64,000 nt of DNA, taken from NCBI GenBank assembly GCA_950097015.1, contig CATNEN010000024.1, positions 1,240,001 through 1,304,000 of the forward strand, given 5' to 3'. The notes below the pieces were generated by a model. It had not been told where the DNA came from. It searched no databases and saw only the letters and a list, made by a program, of their open reading frames with translations. Below, in pieces: positions 63,863-64,000 of the stretch. The stretch comes from Macrostomum hystrix (Eukaryota; Animalia; Platyhelminthes). Both the position numbers and the translations under genes were made by a program. Position 1 is the first letter of the stretch. Each line of letters opens with the position of its first letter.

Positions 63863-64000
63863 CTCTGAAAGCTGAAATTTGCCAGGTATTTATATACCTG
63901 TAACTATACCTGGCTTGCTAAAATATAACTATACTTGATTTATGTAAGTTAATTATTAAACACAAATGTAATTTCGATGGTAACTTAAAGACAGAGAAAC

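Overview
Eukaryotic (metazoan) genomic DNA with GT-AG introns, no prokaryotic features and no CRISPR. Minisatellite-filled introns, GC-rich intronless genes and splice acceptors just upstream of start codons suggest a flatworm such as Macrostomum; this is inference, not a database result. Conserved genes reconstructed by hand: 3' exons of mitochondrial glycerol-3-phosphate dehydrogenase GPD2 (two in-frame stops), proteasome ATPase Rpt6/PSMC5, a 6-exon CaMK-family kinase, 10-exon endophilin A, a compact Nopp140/NOLC1-like gene, and three intronless minus-strand genes (ALG6, TRMT61A, HSF). There are also two orphan intronless ORFs. The 35-52 kb interval has no recognisable housekeeping genes. 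It carries three paralogous, intron-containing tyrosine-recombinase (Crypton-grade) genes with Zn-finger modules, a C-terminal helical domain and private N-terminal peptide repeats, plus a nearby 13-8-13 bp lox-like palindrome and flanking direct repeats. Two genes (ALG6 and recombinase copy C) lack an in-frame ATG but begin at a phase-0 acceptor, as expected if a flatworm spliced leader supplies the AUG. Also present: two copies of a MITE with 14-bp TIRs and 8-bp TSDs, two tRNA-derived SINE families and about 20 different minisatellites. Most long ORFs in the supplied track are repeat artefacts.
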